64,000 nt of DNA from Alkalispirochaeta sp. (lineage in GTDB: Bacteria; Spirochaetota; Spirochaetia; DSM-27196; Alkalispirochaetaceae), in contig OZ271836.1 in the NCBI GenBank assembly GCA_965601745.1, positions 2,147,222 to 2,211,221 of the forward strand, given 5' to 3'. The notes under the pieces were generated by a model. The model saw only the letters and a program-made list of their open reading frames with translations. It made no database searches and was not told the origin of the DNA. A program made the position numbers and the translations under genes. This document shows positions 54,847 to 62,767 of the stretch, in pieces; position 1 is the first letter of the stretch, and each line of letters opens with the position of its first letter.

Positions 54847-54951
54847 TTATGCGGCATCCAGGGCCGCATCTTCTTCGCTACGTATTTCTCGGCAGCGCCA
54901 GAGAACCATTGGGCCGTCTTTCCGGTAGAGCTCCTCGGTTGTCACGGACAC
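54847..54951 (-). CDS. Candidate 34-aa microprotein
   Basis: GTG 4 nt after AAGGAGG, with a second GTG at a 10-nt spacer. Product MSVTTEELYRKDGPMVLWRCREIRSEEDAALDAA. No family recognised. Confidence 0.3.
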   Translation of the reverse strand: MSVTTEELYRKDGPMVLWRCREIRSEEDAALDAA

Positions 54952-54978
54952 TTGGCCTCCTTGTAGTTGACTTATTAT

Positions 54979-54993
54979 ACTACACCGTATAGT
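54979..54993. promoter_or_regulatory. 15-bp near-palindrome ACTACACCGTATAGT inside a TTGACT-N15-TATAGT promoter-like element
   Basis: Read directly. It lies upstream of the nucleoside hydrolase-TetR operon. The identical 15-mer occurs as its reverse complement at 59530-59544. Confidence 0.55.
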
Positions 54994-55031
54994 GTAAATA
55001 AGACTTGAAGCGAGGTTAAGGAGGTTGTGCA

Positions 55032-56081
55032 ATGGTGTGGAATCGGGGGGCCCATACGGCCGCGATGGTGCGGCGGTGGGCGCTATTATTCGTACTGGTA
55101 CTTCTCACGTTTGGTCAGGTACCGATCGTGGTCGGCGACGACCGTCATGTCTTTCCGCTGTGGATCGACACGGACGCGGCGTGTTCACATGGTGATGATA
55201 GCAAGGACGTCGACGATTGCTGGGCGATTAGTTACGCCCTGCAGTCCGGGGCGTTTGATATCGTCGGTTTTAGTACGGTGTTCGGCAACGATTCCGAGCA
55301 GATATCTTATGAGACCCTGGTCGAGCTTCGCGCCCGATATGCCCGCTGGAACGAGGACGAACCGCGGCGTTTTGAAATCCAACGGGGTAGCAGCCATCCC
55401 TTGTCGGAGGGAATGGAACATCAAGGCGCCGCCTTTGTCGAGCGCCTGCTAAACGAGTTGAGTAAGCGCGAATTGACGCTGGTCGCGTTGGGTCCATTAA
55501 CAAACATCGCCCGTCTGTTGACAAGCGGTCGCCCCGAAATCGGCAACATCCGAGAAATCGTCGTCGTCGCGGGAAATCGAGATTGCGGACAGCCGTTTTA
55601 CCTCAACGACAGTACCTGGTTTCGATTCAGCGATTTTAATTTCCAGCAGGATCCGCTCGCGGCGGAAATTGTCGTCAACTCCTCGGTACCGGTGACCCTC
55701 GTACCGTTCGAACTCTCGAGTCAGTTTGTTGTCGACGCTTCGTTGGTCGATGAAATCGCCGCTGGAGACGATCTTCTGGCGTGGGCCGCATCCCGAAGCG
55801 CAAACTGGCTTCGGTTTATGCGCCGCTGGGCCGGCCTCGACGGCTTCTATCCGTTTGATCTGGTAGCATTTCTTTACCTCGAGTTTCCCCATGAGTTCGA
55901 CCGGCGCCGGATGTACGCCCGGGTATCTCGAGAACGGGTGTGGTTCCGCTCAAGACGTGAGCTCCTTGTAGAACCCGATCGAACCTACGACGGCCAGGCG
56001 CGGGTCACCTACGTCCACGGAGTTGGCGATGGATTCTCGGCAGCACTGCGCCGGATCATTCGCTATAATCAAGAAATATGA
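55032..56081 (+). CDS. Secreted inosine/uridine-preferring nucleoside hydrolase-family protein
   Basis: 349 aa. AAGGAGG 8 nt upstream. Signal-like N-terminus. WIDTDAA...DDCWAI aspartate cluster of the IUNH family. Confidence 0.8.
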   Translation: MVWNRGAHTAAMVRRWALLFVLVLLTFGQVPIVVGDDRHVFPLWIDTDAACSHGDDSKDVDDCWAISYALQSGAFDIVGFSTVFGNDSEQISYETLVELRARYARWNEDEPRRFEIQRGSSHPLSEGMEHQGAAFVERLLNELSKRELTLVALGPLTNIARLLTSGRPEIGNIREIVVVAGNRDCGQPFYLNDSTWFRFSDFNFQQDPLAAEIVVNSSVPVTLVPFELSSQFVVDASLVDEIAAGDDLLAWAASRSANWLRFMRRWAGLDGFYPFDLVAFLYLEFPHEFDRRRMYARVSRERVWFRSRRELLVEPDRTYDGQARVTYVHGVGDGFSAALRRIIRYNQEI

Positions 56082-56677
56082 GCGGTCGACGGGACACATC
56101 AAAAAAGCGTGAGCAAATCGTCGAGGCTGCGATGCGCGTCTTCAGCGAAGCGGGGTACGAATCGGCAAGTATGGACGTCATCGCCGACACCGCGAGCGTG
56201 TCCAAACGAACGGTCTACAACCACTATCCGAGCAAGCGTGATTTGTATGTGTCGATCGTCCGTCGCTTCATCGATCAGGTTTCCGGTTCGAAACACCTGC
56301 GGTACGACCCGACGACCTCGCTTGCCGATCAACTCGAACAGATCTTACGCGCCGAAATGAAGATCCTGGAGAGTCCGATCATGCTCGGTTTCTCATTCAG
56401 CATCTATCAGTTCCTCCAACAGGAACCATCGGCACATACCGACCTGGCCGATAACTACTCCGGTAAAGAACAGGCGCTGCAAAACTGGCTACAGGCGGCG
56501 TGCGACGACGGGCGTCTCCGTATCGATGACCGGGAGAAAGCCGGCGCAATGTTGTGGTCGATTCACGAAGGTGTCATTCTCATCCCGGCGATTTTGACCC
56601 GTCACGTCGATCCGGAACGTGTTGACTATCAACTCCACGAGATCATCCGGATGTTTCTTTGCCGGTACTCTCCGTAA
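56078..56677 (+). CDS. TetR/AcrR-family transcriptional regulator
   Basis: 199 aa, HTH MDVIADTASVSKRTVYNHYPSKRDL. ATGA overlap with the hydrolase stop. Confidence 0.85.
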   Translation: MSGRRDTSKKREQIVEAAMRVFSEAGYESASMDVIADTASVSKRTVYNHYPSKRDLYVSIVRRFIDQVSGSKHLRYDPTTSLADQLEQILRAEMKILESPIMLGFSFSIYQFLQQEPSAHTDLADNYSGKEQALQNWLQAACDDGRLRIDDREKAGAMLWSIHEGVILIPAILTRHVDPERVDYQLHEIIRMFLCRYSP

Positions 56678-57515
56678 GCGGCGGATCACGGACGGTTCCG
56701 ACTCCCGGCTCCGTCGTAAAGAAGGCCGCTGTCTCGTCGTCCATAGGAAATACCGTCTCAACCCTCCAATCGGAGTTATTGTCCGCATCCTCAGATCCAA
56801 AAGATGCGAAAACGTGTGAAAGGTGTAGGCGCATCGCGCCCACTCGTAGCACGGTTTCCATGACCGGATTTACGTTACGTTTCTCTGATTGCGTTGGGTG
56901 AGCCGCGAGGTCGGGAGCCAGGTCTGTCAGGTCGATGAGAAGCACCATCGCCTCGGGACGATTCAGCGCGAGGAGTTCCCGACGAATTTGGGCAAAGAGG
57001 AGTGACCCGATATGATGGGAGTCTTCCAGAACCGTGCGAAAACCGTCTCGGGCAAAGTAGATTTTAAACAAATTCGACGAACGAATAGGCACAAGCGTCA
57101 AAAGCCGCGTCATCGCTCGATTTGCGTGATGAATGGTGCCAAGTGAGTCGACGATGAGCGCGGGATATGGGGCGTGTCGCTCGACCATCCGTTCAAGGGT
57201 AGCTTTCGTGCGCGCGTCCGGCGGCTCGCGTTGCTCTCCAAACCCGAAGTTTGCACGTCGCAGGGAACGCTCGTCGGCGCAAGAAAGGTCGAGAGCCGAC
57301 GCGAGGCGCCCTATCGTTTGATCTGACGCCTTTGATCGACCGGTCTCGAGAAAACTGAGGTGTCGCGACGATACGTCGGCGGCCAAGGCGAGATCGAGTT
57401 GGCTAAAACCCCGAAGTCTACGCCAGTAGCGAAGCTGCGCAGGAAAACCGGTATCACGAGTCAGCGAGTAGATCTGAGCTTCGTAGCTATCAAATGATGC
57501 GGAACTCGTATCCAT
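56643..57515 (-). CDS. XRE-family HTH regulator with MmyB-like C-terminal domain
   Basis: 290 aa, LRYWRRLRGFSQLDLALAADVSSRHLSFLETGRSKAS, then an MmyB-type ligand-domain-like region. Confidence 0.8.
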   Translation of the reverse strand: MDTSSASFDSYEAQIYSLTRDTGFPAQLRYWRRLRGFSQLDLALAADVSSRHLSFLETGRSKASDQTIGRLASALDLSCADERSLRRANFGFGEQREPPDARTKATLERMVERHAPYPALIVDSLGTIHHANRAMTRLLTLVPIRSSNLFKIYFARDGFRTVLEDSHHIGSLLFAQIRRELLALNRPEAMVLLIDLTDLAPDLAAHPTQSEKRNVNPVMETVLRVGAMRLHLSHVFASFGSEDADNNSDWRVETVFPMDDETAAFFTTEPGVGTVRDPPLTESTGKETSG

Positions 57516-57553
57516 ACTGGTCCGAAATATAGTGCGATTGGGACGACGATGAC

Positions 57554-57570
57554 ATTACCTCCAAGGTAAT
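57554..57570. promoter_or_regulatory. 17-bp perfect palindrome ATTACCT-CCA-AGGTAAT
   Basis: Read directly. It lies in the 116-bp divergent spacer between the MmyB-like regulator and a small membrane protein gene. Confidence 0.4.
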
Positions 57571-57631
57571 TGCTTGGCGCGATTGGATCGTAGGATCTTC
57601 GCGTTCAGACTACGAACGAAGGAGTGATACG

Positions 57632-58048
57632 ATGCCCAAGAGCAACTACCCACGATTTGTACGAGGTACGGGAATCTACGATGCCGGACTGATGCTTCTG
57701 TTTATCGGTCCCGGTGTCGTTCGCTGGACCATTTCCCTTATTGCTTCGCTTGACTCGGCTTTGGCCTTGCCCGGCGAGGTCGGTAGCTTTTCGGCGTTTA
57801 GCCTGTTCTTTGTAAACATGATGGCAGCGATCACGCTGGTTTGGGCAATCGCCCGGGCCCGTGATCCCAAACCTGAATACGGATTCTGGGACGGAGTAAC
57901 GCGTCTTGCGATTTGTGCACTTATGTTGATATACGTCGCGTTCTTCGACGTTACGGTACTCCTGGTTTTCTTCGCCGCTGTCGAAGCCCTGCTCGGATTT
58001 GCGCAAGTTCGAGGCTATGTGAAGTTCACACAAAACAGGACGGGATGA
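57632..58048 (+). CDS. Hypothetical 4-TM membrane protein
   Basis: 138 aa with SD GAAGGAG. Hydrophobic helices. No family recognised. Confidence 0.5.
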   Translation: MPKSNYPRFVRGTGIYDAGLMLLFIGPGVVRWTISLIASLDSALALPGEVGSFSAFSLFFVNMMAAITLVWAIARARDPKPEYGFWDGVTRLAICALMLIYVAFFDVTVLLVFFAAVEALLGFAQVRGYVKFTQNRTG

Positions 58049-58147
58049 TTACGCGATAATTGAATCGCCCACTCACAATTCTTCAGGACCGTTACTTCGG
58101 CGCAACGTAATTCTACCCGTAGATAATCGCGTTTTGGGGTCGCTTGT

Positions 58148-58567
58148 TTATGACCCGGCTTCTAACTTTAATTTCCGACGCCACCGGAAGGAAATAACGA
58201 TGATGCTGATGTAACTGAGCATTTCCATCGCGAAGAAAAACCAGTTATCCGCATCAGGGTTGTTCGTCAACACATTGCCGGCTTCCATCAAGATCGCGTA
58301 GAACCCGACAATTATGTTGATCAAGCCGTTAATCCGGGTCGGTAAAATCAATGCAAGGGCGATCATAAAAATGGGCGGCTGAATCGTAATTGCGGCAACC
58401 AGCAATAATGCATCCGGAACATCGAGCCCGACGACTAAGCGCTGAAAAAACTCCGGATTTGCGAGCTCGTGCAATCCCATAAAGAAGTGGTTGATAAAAA
58501 ACGTGATCCAGAGTGCCGACAGAATCGCTTTGATTCTGCTATCACGCAGTTCCTTTTGAATATCCAT
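58148..58567 (-). CDS. Hypothetical small membrane protein
   Basis: Start at ATG (complement 58565-58567, MDIQKELRDSRIKAIL...). Four hydrophobic helices. Downstream of the oxidoreductase gene. Confidence 0.55.
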   Translation of the reverse strand: MDIQKELRDSRIKAILSALWITFFINHFFMGLHELANPEFFQRLVVGLDVPDALLLVAAITIQPPIFMIALALILPTRINGLINIIVGFYAILMEAGNVLTNNPDADNWFFFAMEMLSYISIIVISFRWRRKLKLEAGS

Positions 58568-58611
58568 GTGAACCTTCCTTTCGACCGTGGGTCGTGTTGC
58601 GTGAGTTTTTG

Positions 58612-59496
58612 CTACCACGACATGTAAATCGCGACGTTTCCTTTTTTCGCTTTGGATTCCACATACCGGTGAGCGTCCCGGATTTGTCCGACGGGAAACA
58701 CTTTGTCGATAATTGGAGAAAACGCACCGGTTTCAGCGAGGCGTCGAACTTCCTTTATGTCCGATTTGCTCGCCCGGATTTGCTGCCAGATCGAAGCGTA
58801 ACGGGCATTTTTCTTGAGAACCTTCATAAAGCCGGCCCTCGTGTACGTGGACACGTTATTGATGACCACGTCAAATTTCTTATCGATGCGCGATGATTTT
58901 GTCGTCCGGTAATCGATGACCTCATGTGCCCCCAGACTTCTGACAAAATCTGCTTTTTCCTCGCTACATGTCGCCGTAACCTGAGCGCCGAGGTAGTGGG
59001 CAATTTGAACGACGAAGGAACCGACCGATCCCGACGCACCGTGGACCAAAACCTGATCACCGGTTTTGATCTTAGTACTGGTAACAAATCGAACTGCGGT
59101 AACACCTGCCACCGGTGTTACGGCCGCCTCGGCAAAATCCCAGGTCGCCGGTATCTCATCGATTGGACCGTTTGCGTCCAGGGCGATGTACTCTCCATAG
59201 CCGCCGAAGAGATCGGAACAATAGGCAAATACTCTGTCACCGACTTTGAAATCATCAACCGAAGCACCGCGTTCGACGATGCGCCCGGCTATCTCAAAAC
59301 CGAGCACGTTGGTTCTTCTGGGTCTTCCAAGTCCATAGAGAATGCGAACGATCGGCGGGCTCGCGGCGCGCATATGTAGATCTGCTGCGCTCACGCTCGA
59401 GCACTCCACCTTTACCAGTACCTGGTCCTCTTTGACCCCCGGTTTGGCAACCTCGCAAATCCTAAGTACCTCCGGGTCGCCATACCTGTCATACAC
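58612..59496 (-). CDS. MDR-superfamily NAD(P)H quinone oxidoreductase (zeta-crystallin-like)
   Basis: 294 aa from GTG. VLVHGASGSVGSFVVQIA nucleotide motif. The true start may be the ATA at 59506-59508 (see findings). Confidence 0.85.
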   Translation of the reverse strand: MYDRYGDPEVLRICEVAKPGVKEDQVLVKVECSSVSAADLHMRAASPPIVRILYGLGRPRRTNVLGFEIAGRIVERGASVDDFKVGDRVFAYCSDLFGGYGEYIALDANGPIDEIPATWDFAEAAVTPVAGVTAVRFVTSTKIKTGDQVLVHGASGSVGSFVVQIAHYLGAQVTATCSEEKADFVRSLGAHEVIDYRTTKSSRIDKKFDVVINNVSTYTRAGFMKVLKKNARYASIWQQIRASKSDIKEVRRLAETGAFSPIIDKVFPVGQIRDAHRYVESKAKKGNVAIYMSW

Positions 59497-59529
59497 GACT
59501 GCTTTTATCTTTTCCTCCTTACCAAGTAA

Positions 59530-59544
59530 ACTATACGGTGTAGT
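59530..59544. promoter_or_regulatory. 15-bp near-palindrome (reverse complement of the 54979 site) overlapping the -10 of the oxidoreductase promoter
   Basis: ACTATACGGTGTAGT on the plus strand equals ACTACACCGTATAGT on the minus strand. Confidence 0.55.
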
Positions 59545-59570
59545 TTATTCTTATAGTCATACATTGTCAA
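59542..59570 (-). promoter_or_regulatory. Sigma70-like promoter TTGACA-N17-TAAACT for the oxidoreductase operon
   Basis: Minus-strand reading: TTGACA (59570-59565), 17-nt spacer, TAAACT (59547-59542). Confidence 0.45.
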
Positions 59571-59575
59571 CGGTT

Positions 59576-59597
59576 AATTACACTAATTGGTGTAATT
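59576..59597. promoter_or_regulatory. 22-bp palindrome AATTACAC-TAATTG-GTGTAATT
   Basis: Read directly. 8-bp perfect arms, immediately upstream of the -35 above. On the plus strand it is followed by TTTTT. Confidence 0.4.
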
Positions 59598-59914
59598 TTT
59601 TGGAGGTGTTGCGATAGATGTTTTGCCCTATCGTCCGCGCGGACACGCGACATGGAATTTGACGACAGTTGATTCCGATGATAGCATTCAGTAACAAACC
59701 GAACTAAAGGAGTTGCCCTTCCGGAACAGCCGAGTTATGACCGGCGACGCTGGAGCTGTTGGAAACCATTTCAGATCGCTACTCAACAATCCCAAATCAG
59801 GGGAAGAGTGGTGTCTGCGGGGTTTTCTACAGCCGGTGACTGTTATCCTTTTTCTGCGTTTGCGCACATTCCCCCAGAAACTGCCTTCCTCGCGAACGAT
59901 GCCAGGAGGCACCC

Positions 59915-60727
59915 ATGTTTTTTACGGAAACAGAACAGCAATCAGTTAACCACTTACTCCGCGAGATCGGTCTACGTCCGGACTCGCCCAGCCCGGATCG
60001 TTACGCGAAAATTCGTCAGATCGCTTCGTTCCTCGAGGTAGTTGAGGCGGAAGTTCGGCCGTTATCCCTAAAACGGACACTTACGTTCCTGGACGCAGGA
60101 GCCGGGAACGGATACTTAAGCTTCCTGCTCTATCACTACTTTGCAGTCCTCCGCGGGCGCGACGTGCAAATTCACTGCGTCGACACCAATACACGCCTCA
60201 TGGAAAAGGGCGCAGCAACCGCGGAGCGCCTCGGGTTTTCCGGGATGACCTTTTTTCCGAGCGACATCCTTGAGGCGCCGCAACTCACGCGAATCGACGT
60301 ACTCTACGCGTTACACGCCTGTGATACGGTCACCGACAAGGCGATCTACACCGGTATTCGTCAGTCGGCGCGGACGATGCTTACGGTTTCCTGCTGTCAG
60401 CACACAATCCGCAAATCGATGACGAGTAAGGCGGTAGGAGGAATGACGCGCTACAAGGCGCTCAAGGATCGCCTGGTGTACATGGTGGCGGACACGATGC
60501 GTTCACACCTCGTGGCGATGAGCGGCTACGAGGTCGATGTGCTGGAGTTTACCTCGTCACGTCATACGGACAAAAACACGATGATACGCTCCCGACGGTC
60601 CGGTAACGCGGGCACAAGTATACTCGTCGCCGAGTACGAGGAGCTCCGCCGAGCCTTTGGATGCGAGCCGGAGCTGGCGCGTTTACTCCGCAAGCAAGCC
60701 GTTGATGCGCCGCGAGCGGTCGCGTGA
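59915..60727 (+). CDS. Class I SAM-dependent methyltransferase (Methyltransf_32-like)
   Basis: 270 aa, AGGAGG 5 nt upstream. Motif I LDAGAGNGYLS. Confidence 0.8.
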   Translation: MFFTETEQQSVNHLLREIGLRPDSPSPDRYAKIRQIASFLEVVEAEVRPLSLKRTLTFLDAGAGNGYLSFLLYHYFAVLRGRDVQIHCVDTNTRLMEKGAATAERLGFSGMTFFPSDILEAPQLTRIDVLYALHACDTVTDKAIYTGIRQSARTMLTVSCCQHTIRKSMTSKAVGGMTRYKALKDRLVYMVADTMRSHLVAMSGYEVDVLEFTSSRHTDKNTMIRSRRSGNAGTSILVAEYEELRRAFGCEPELARLLRKQAVDAPRAVA

Positions 60728-60729
60728 AT

Positions 60730-60747
60730 GCCCGGCCGACGCCGGGC
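60730..60747 (+). terminator. Hairpin GCCCGGC-CGAC-GCCGGGC 3 nt after the methyltransferase stop
   Basis: Read directly. No U-tract follows. Confidence 0.35.
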
Positions 60748-60759
60748 GGTTCAGAACAC

Positions 60760-60794
60760 AAAAAAAACCCGGCGGCGAGTCGTCGCCGTCGGGT
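60760..60794 (-). terminator. Intrinsic terminator of the RNHCP gene
   Basis: On the minus strand, a 12-bp stem (ACCCGACGGCGA / TCGCCGCCGGGT, one mismatch) followed by T8. Confidence 0.7.
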
Positions 60795-60854
60795 CCGCGT
60801 TGTACGGTGAGCACCGTATAACGCTTACGTATCAAACGTGCCGTTATCCGTCAG

Positions 60855-61331
60855 TTAACTGGCGGTCGGCATCGTGATCGCCGGAATCACGCCGGTTAAG
60901 GGGAACGGAAGGCTCGCCATCGGTAGCGCCGCCAGTGAGAGCAGAGCCGCCTCACTGTCATCGCCCGCGACTCGGTTTGCCCTCAACGTCCCGCAACGCT
61001 TACAGCGGTGAATGAGACTCCATTCGCCGTCTGGTTGTACCCATACTGCGATCGGCTCCATGACCCCACGACAATCGCAGCTTCGATCACCGATATTGAC
61101 GTCGACGTGAAGCGAGTGCAGACAATACGGGCAGTGGTTACGGTTCTTCGTGCCGTATGAATCCAAGGTAATCGTCTGACCGCAGTGCGCACAGCGAAAG
61201 GACTGTGCCCCGCGATCGTGAGCGTGTTCACGACGACCGTTGTGATGTTCGTCACGGTCTCCGTCGTAGTAGTGTCCGATGTTGTGGTCGTTGCCGTAGC
61301 GGCGATAACGGTTGTGTTTGCGCTTTGACAT
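60855..61331 (-). CDS. RNHCP domain protein with His/Arg/Tyr/Asp-rich N-terminal tail
   Basis: 158 aa. CAHCGQ...KNRNHCPYCLHS...CDCRG...HRCKRCG zinc-ribbon pattern containing the eponymous RNHCP motif. SD GAGGGA. Confidence 0.8.
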   Translation of the reverse strand: MSKRKHNRYRRYGNDHNIGHYYDGDRDEHHNGRREHAHDRGAQSFRCAHCGQTITLDSYGTKNRNHCPYCLHSLHVDVNIGDRSCDCRGVMEPIAVWVQPDGEWSLIHRCKRCGTLRANRVAGDDSEAALLSLAALPMASLPFPLTGVIPAITMPTAS

Positions 61332-61450
61332 TGAAGTATCCCTCGAAGCGCGTCACTGGTTGTGTTTCCGCTATGATGCCCTGTCCTCTGTAGAGCGACC
61401 CGCACATCGTGGTGCAGGTTGTGACGAGAAGGATTGCTCCGACGAGCGCG

Positions 61451-61651
61451 TCAACAAGATGCGATATCGATTCGACGAATCAAATGCTCTGTTGCGACTA
61501 CGCGCCCTCGAACAGGAGCACCTTCATCTGGGTATTCAACATCAACGACCTCCTGGGTGGCGGGAAGTGCTTTTGGTCTCTCTATCGTCCGCCACCACTG
61601 ATGTTCTGCAATCGCCGTGCCAATCCGCTCGGCGCGGCGAAACCGTATCAT
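61451..61651 (-). CDS. Doubtful 66-aa ORF
   Basis: ATG-initiated part of track ORF 61451..61732 (MIRFRRAERIGTAIAEHQWW...). No SD and no family recognised. Listed only because the 470-bp region otherwise has no gene. Confidence 0.2.
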   Translation of the reverse strand: MIRFRRAERIGTAIAEHQWWRTIERPKALPATQEVVDVEYPDEGAPVRGRVVATEHLIRRIDIASC

Positions 61652-61804
61652 ACTCGGTGCTTTGGCGGAACACCGTAGCCAAATCTGGACGATCGCCCGC
61701 CGGATACCGCCTGAGCGACCGAATCGACACAAGCCGAATCGCCGAATGTCACCACATATGGCAATACGGCTACCGAAGAATCGCCAAATACGACGAATAC
61801 CGTC

Positions 61805-62632
61805 TTACCTGTTTCGAAAGAGGTCCTTGGCCGTGCAGGCCGGGTTATGGCCTTGCGTAATCCACTCCACTCCTTTGATCTGGATCGCGCGTTTTGGGCA
61901 CCACTGGACGCAGGCGAAACAACCCTCGCAATTTCCACCCCAGCTCAGCGAAGCGTTCTCGATCTCGATGTTAGCTCGCGGACAAATCCGCGCGCATATG
62001 CCGCACGCAATACAATCGTCGGTTTGAACAAAGGTATCGTCGGCCTTCGCAAAGGTCTTGAGGGAAAACGGATGCATGCGGGCGGCGACTGCACTACCCA
62101 CTGCCCGGTCGAGTTCAACGGCTACGCTCCGTTTTTGCAGTAATACATCAAGAATCTCGTCACACCGCTGGGCAAACGAACGGGCGCGAGTCTCCGGATA
62201 GCCGTTGATTGCGCGTACAAAACGAACCACCGGGTGTTTGGCGTGGTTCGGATCAGGTTGATAATGGCCCTCTTTGACGGCAAACCCGGCGTCCAGCCCC
62301 ACTCCGCGAGACGCAAGCTGCTTTGACAAAACCTGGAGCGCACTCGCAACCGTCCCGCCATGCGTCGCAATCGCAAAAAAATAGTCGGCGTCGGGAATCG
62401 TCACCTGATCGACAAACTGATGGACGATTCGCGGCGGTCCCCACCCGTAGACCGGGAACACAAACCCGACGCGGGACAGACGATTAGACGTCGCGTCAAT
62501 CGCGGGCGTATTGCCGGCTAATGCGTCGGCGACATGAACGAGTTCGCAGTCTCCGAGATGTTCGGCGACCTGCCGGGCAACGACCAGCGAGTTACCGGTG
62601 GCGGAGAAATAGTAGATACGGTTTGTATTCAT
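61805..62632 (-). CDS. EFR1-type flavodoxin-like / 2x[4Fe-4S] ferredoxin fusion protein
   Basis: Start at ATG (complement 62630-62632) after GAAGGAGG. IYYFSATGNS flavodoxin-like N-terminus. CIACGICARICP and CEGCFACVQWCP clusters. Confidence 0.8.
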   Translation of the reverse strand: MNTNRIYYFSATGNSLVVARQVAEHLGDCELVHVADALAGNTPAIDATSNRLSRVGFVFPVYGWGPPRIVHQFVDQVTIPDADYFFAIATHGGTVASALQVLSKQLASRGVGLDAGFAVKEGHYQPDPNHAKHPVVRFVRAINGYPETRARSFAQRCDEILDVLLQKRSVAVELDRAVGSAVAARMHPFSLKTFAKADDTFVQTDDCIACGICARICPRANIEIENASLSWGGNCEGCFACVQWCPKRAIQIKGVEWITQGHNPACTAKDLFRNR

Positions 62633-62767
62633 AGGAGCCTCCTTCGCTACACGATCTGGCAATCGGCGTGCCAATCGTTCCGTTCTTTGGCTTTTTTCTA
62701 ACCTCACACCTTGGCACAGGAGTTGCAACAACTCACCGTGAGTAAAAATGTGAATCAAGGAGACGAA

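Noticed and set aside
59799-59846. GGGGAAGAGTGGTG ... GACTGT, which is faintly reminiscent of a cobalamin-riboswitch core.
   Set aside because: The intervening consensus (GGTGnAAnnCC, CCCGC, B12 box) is absent. I cannot support a riboswitch call without a covariance-model scan.
61312-61860. 182-aa plus-strand ORF and the other ORFs spanning the RNHCP/EFR1 spacer.
   Set aside because: It overlaps both flanking genes, has no SD, and its composition is not protein-like. It is kept only as an unexplained-region finding.
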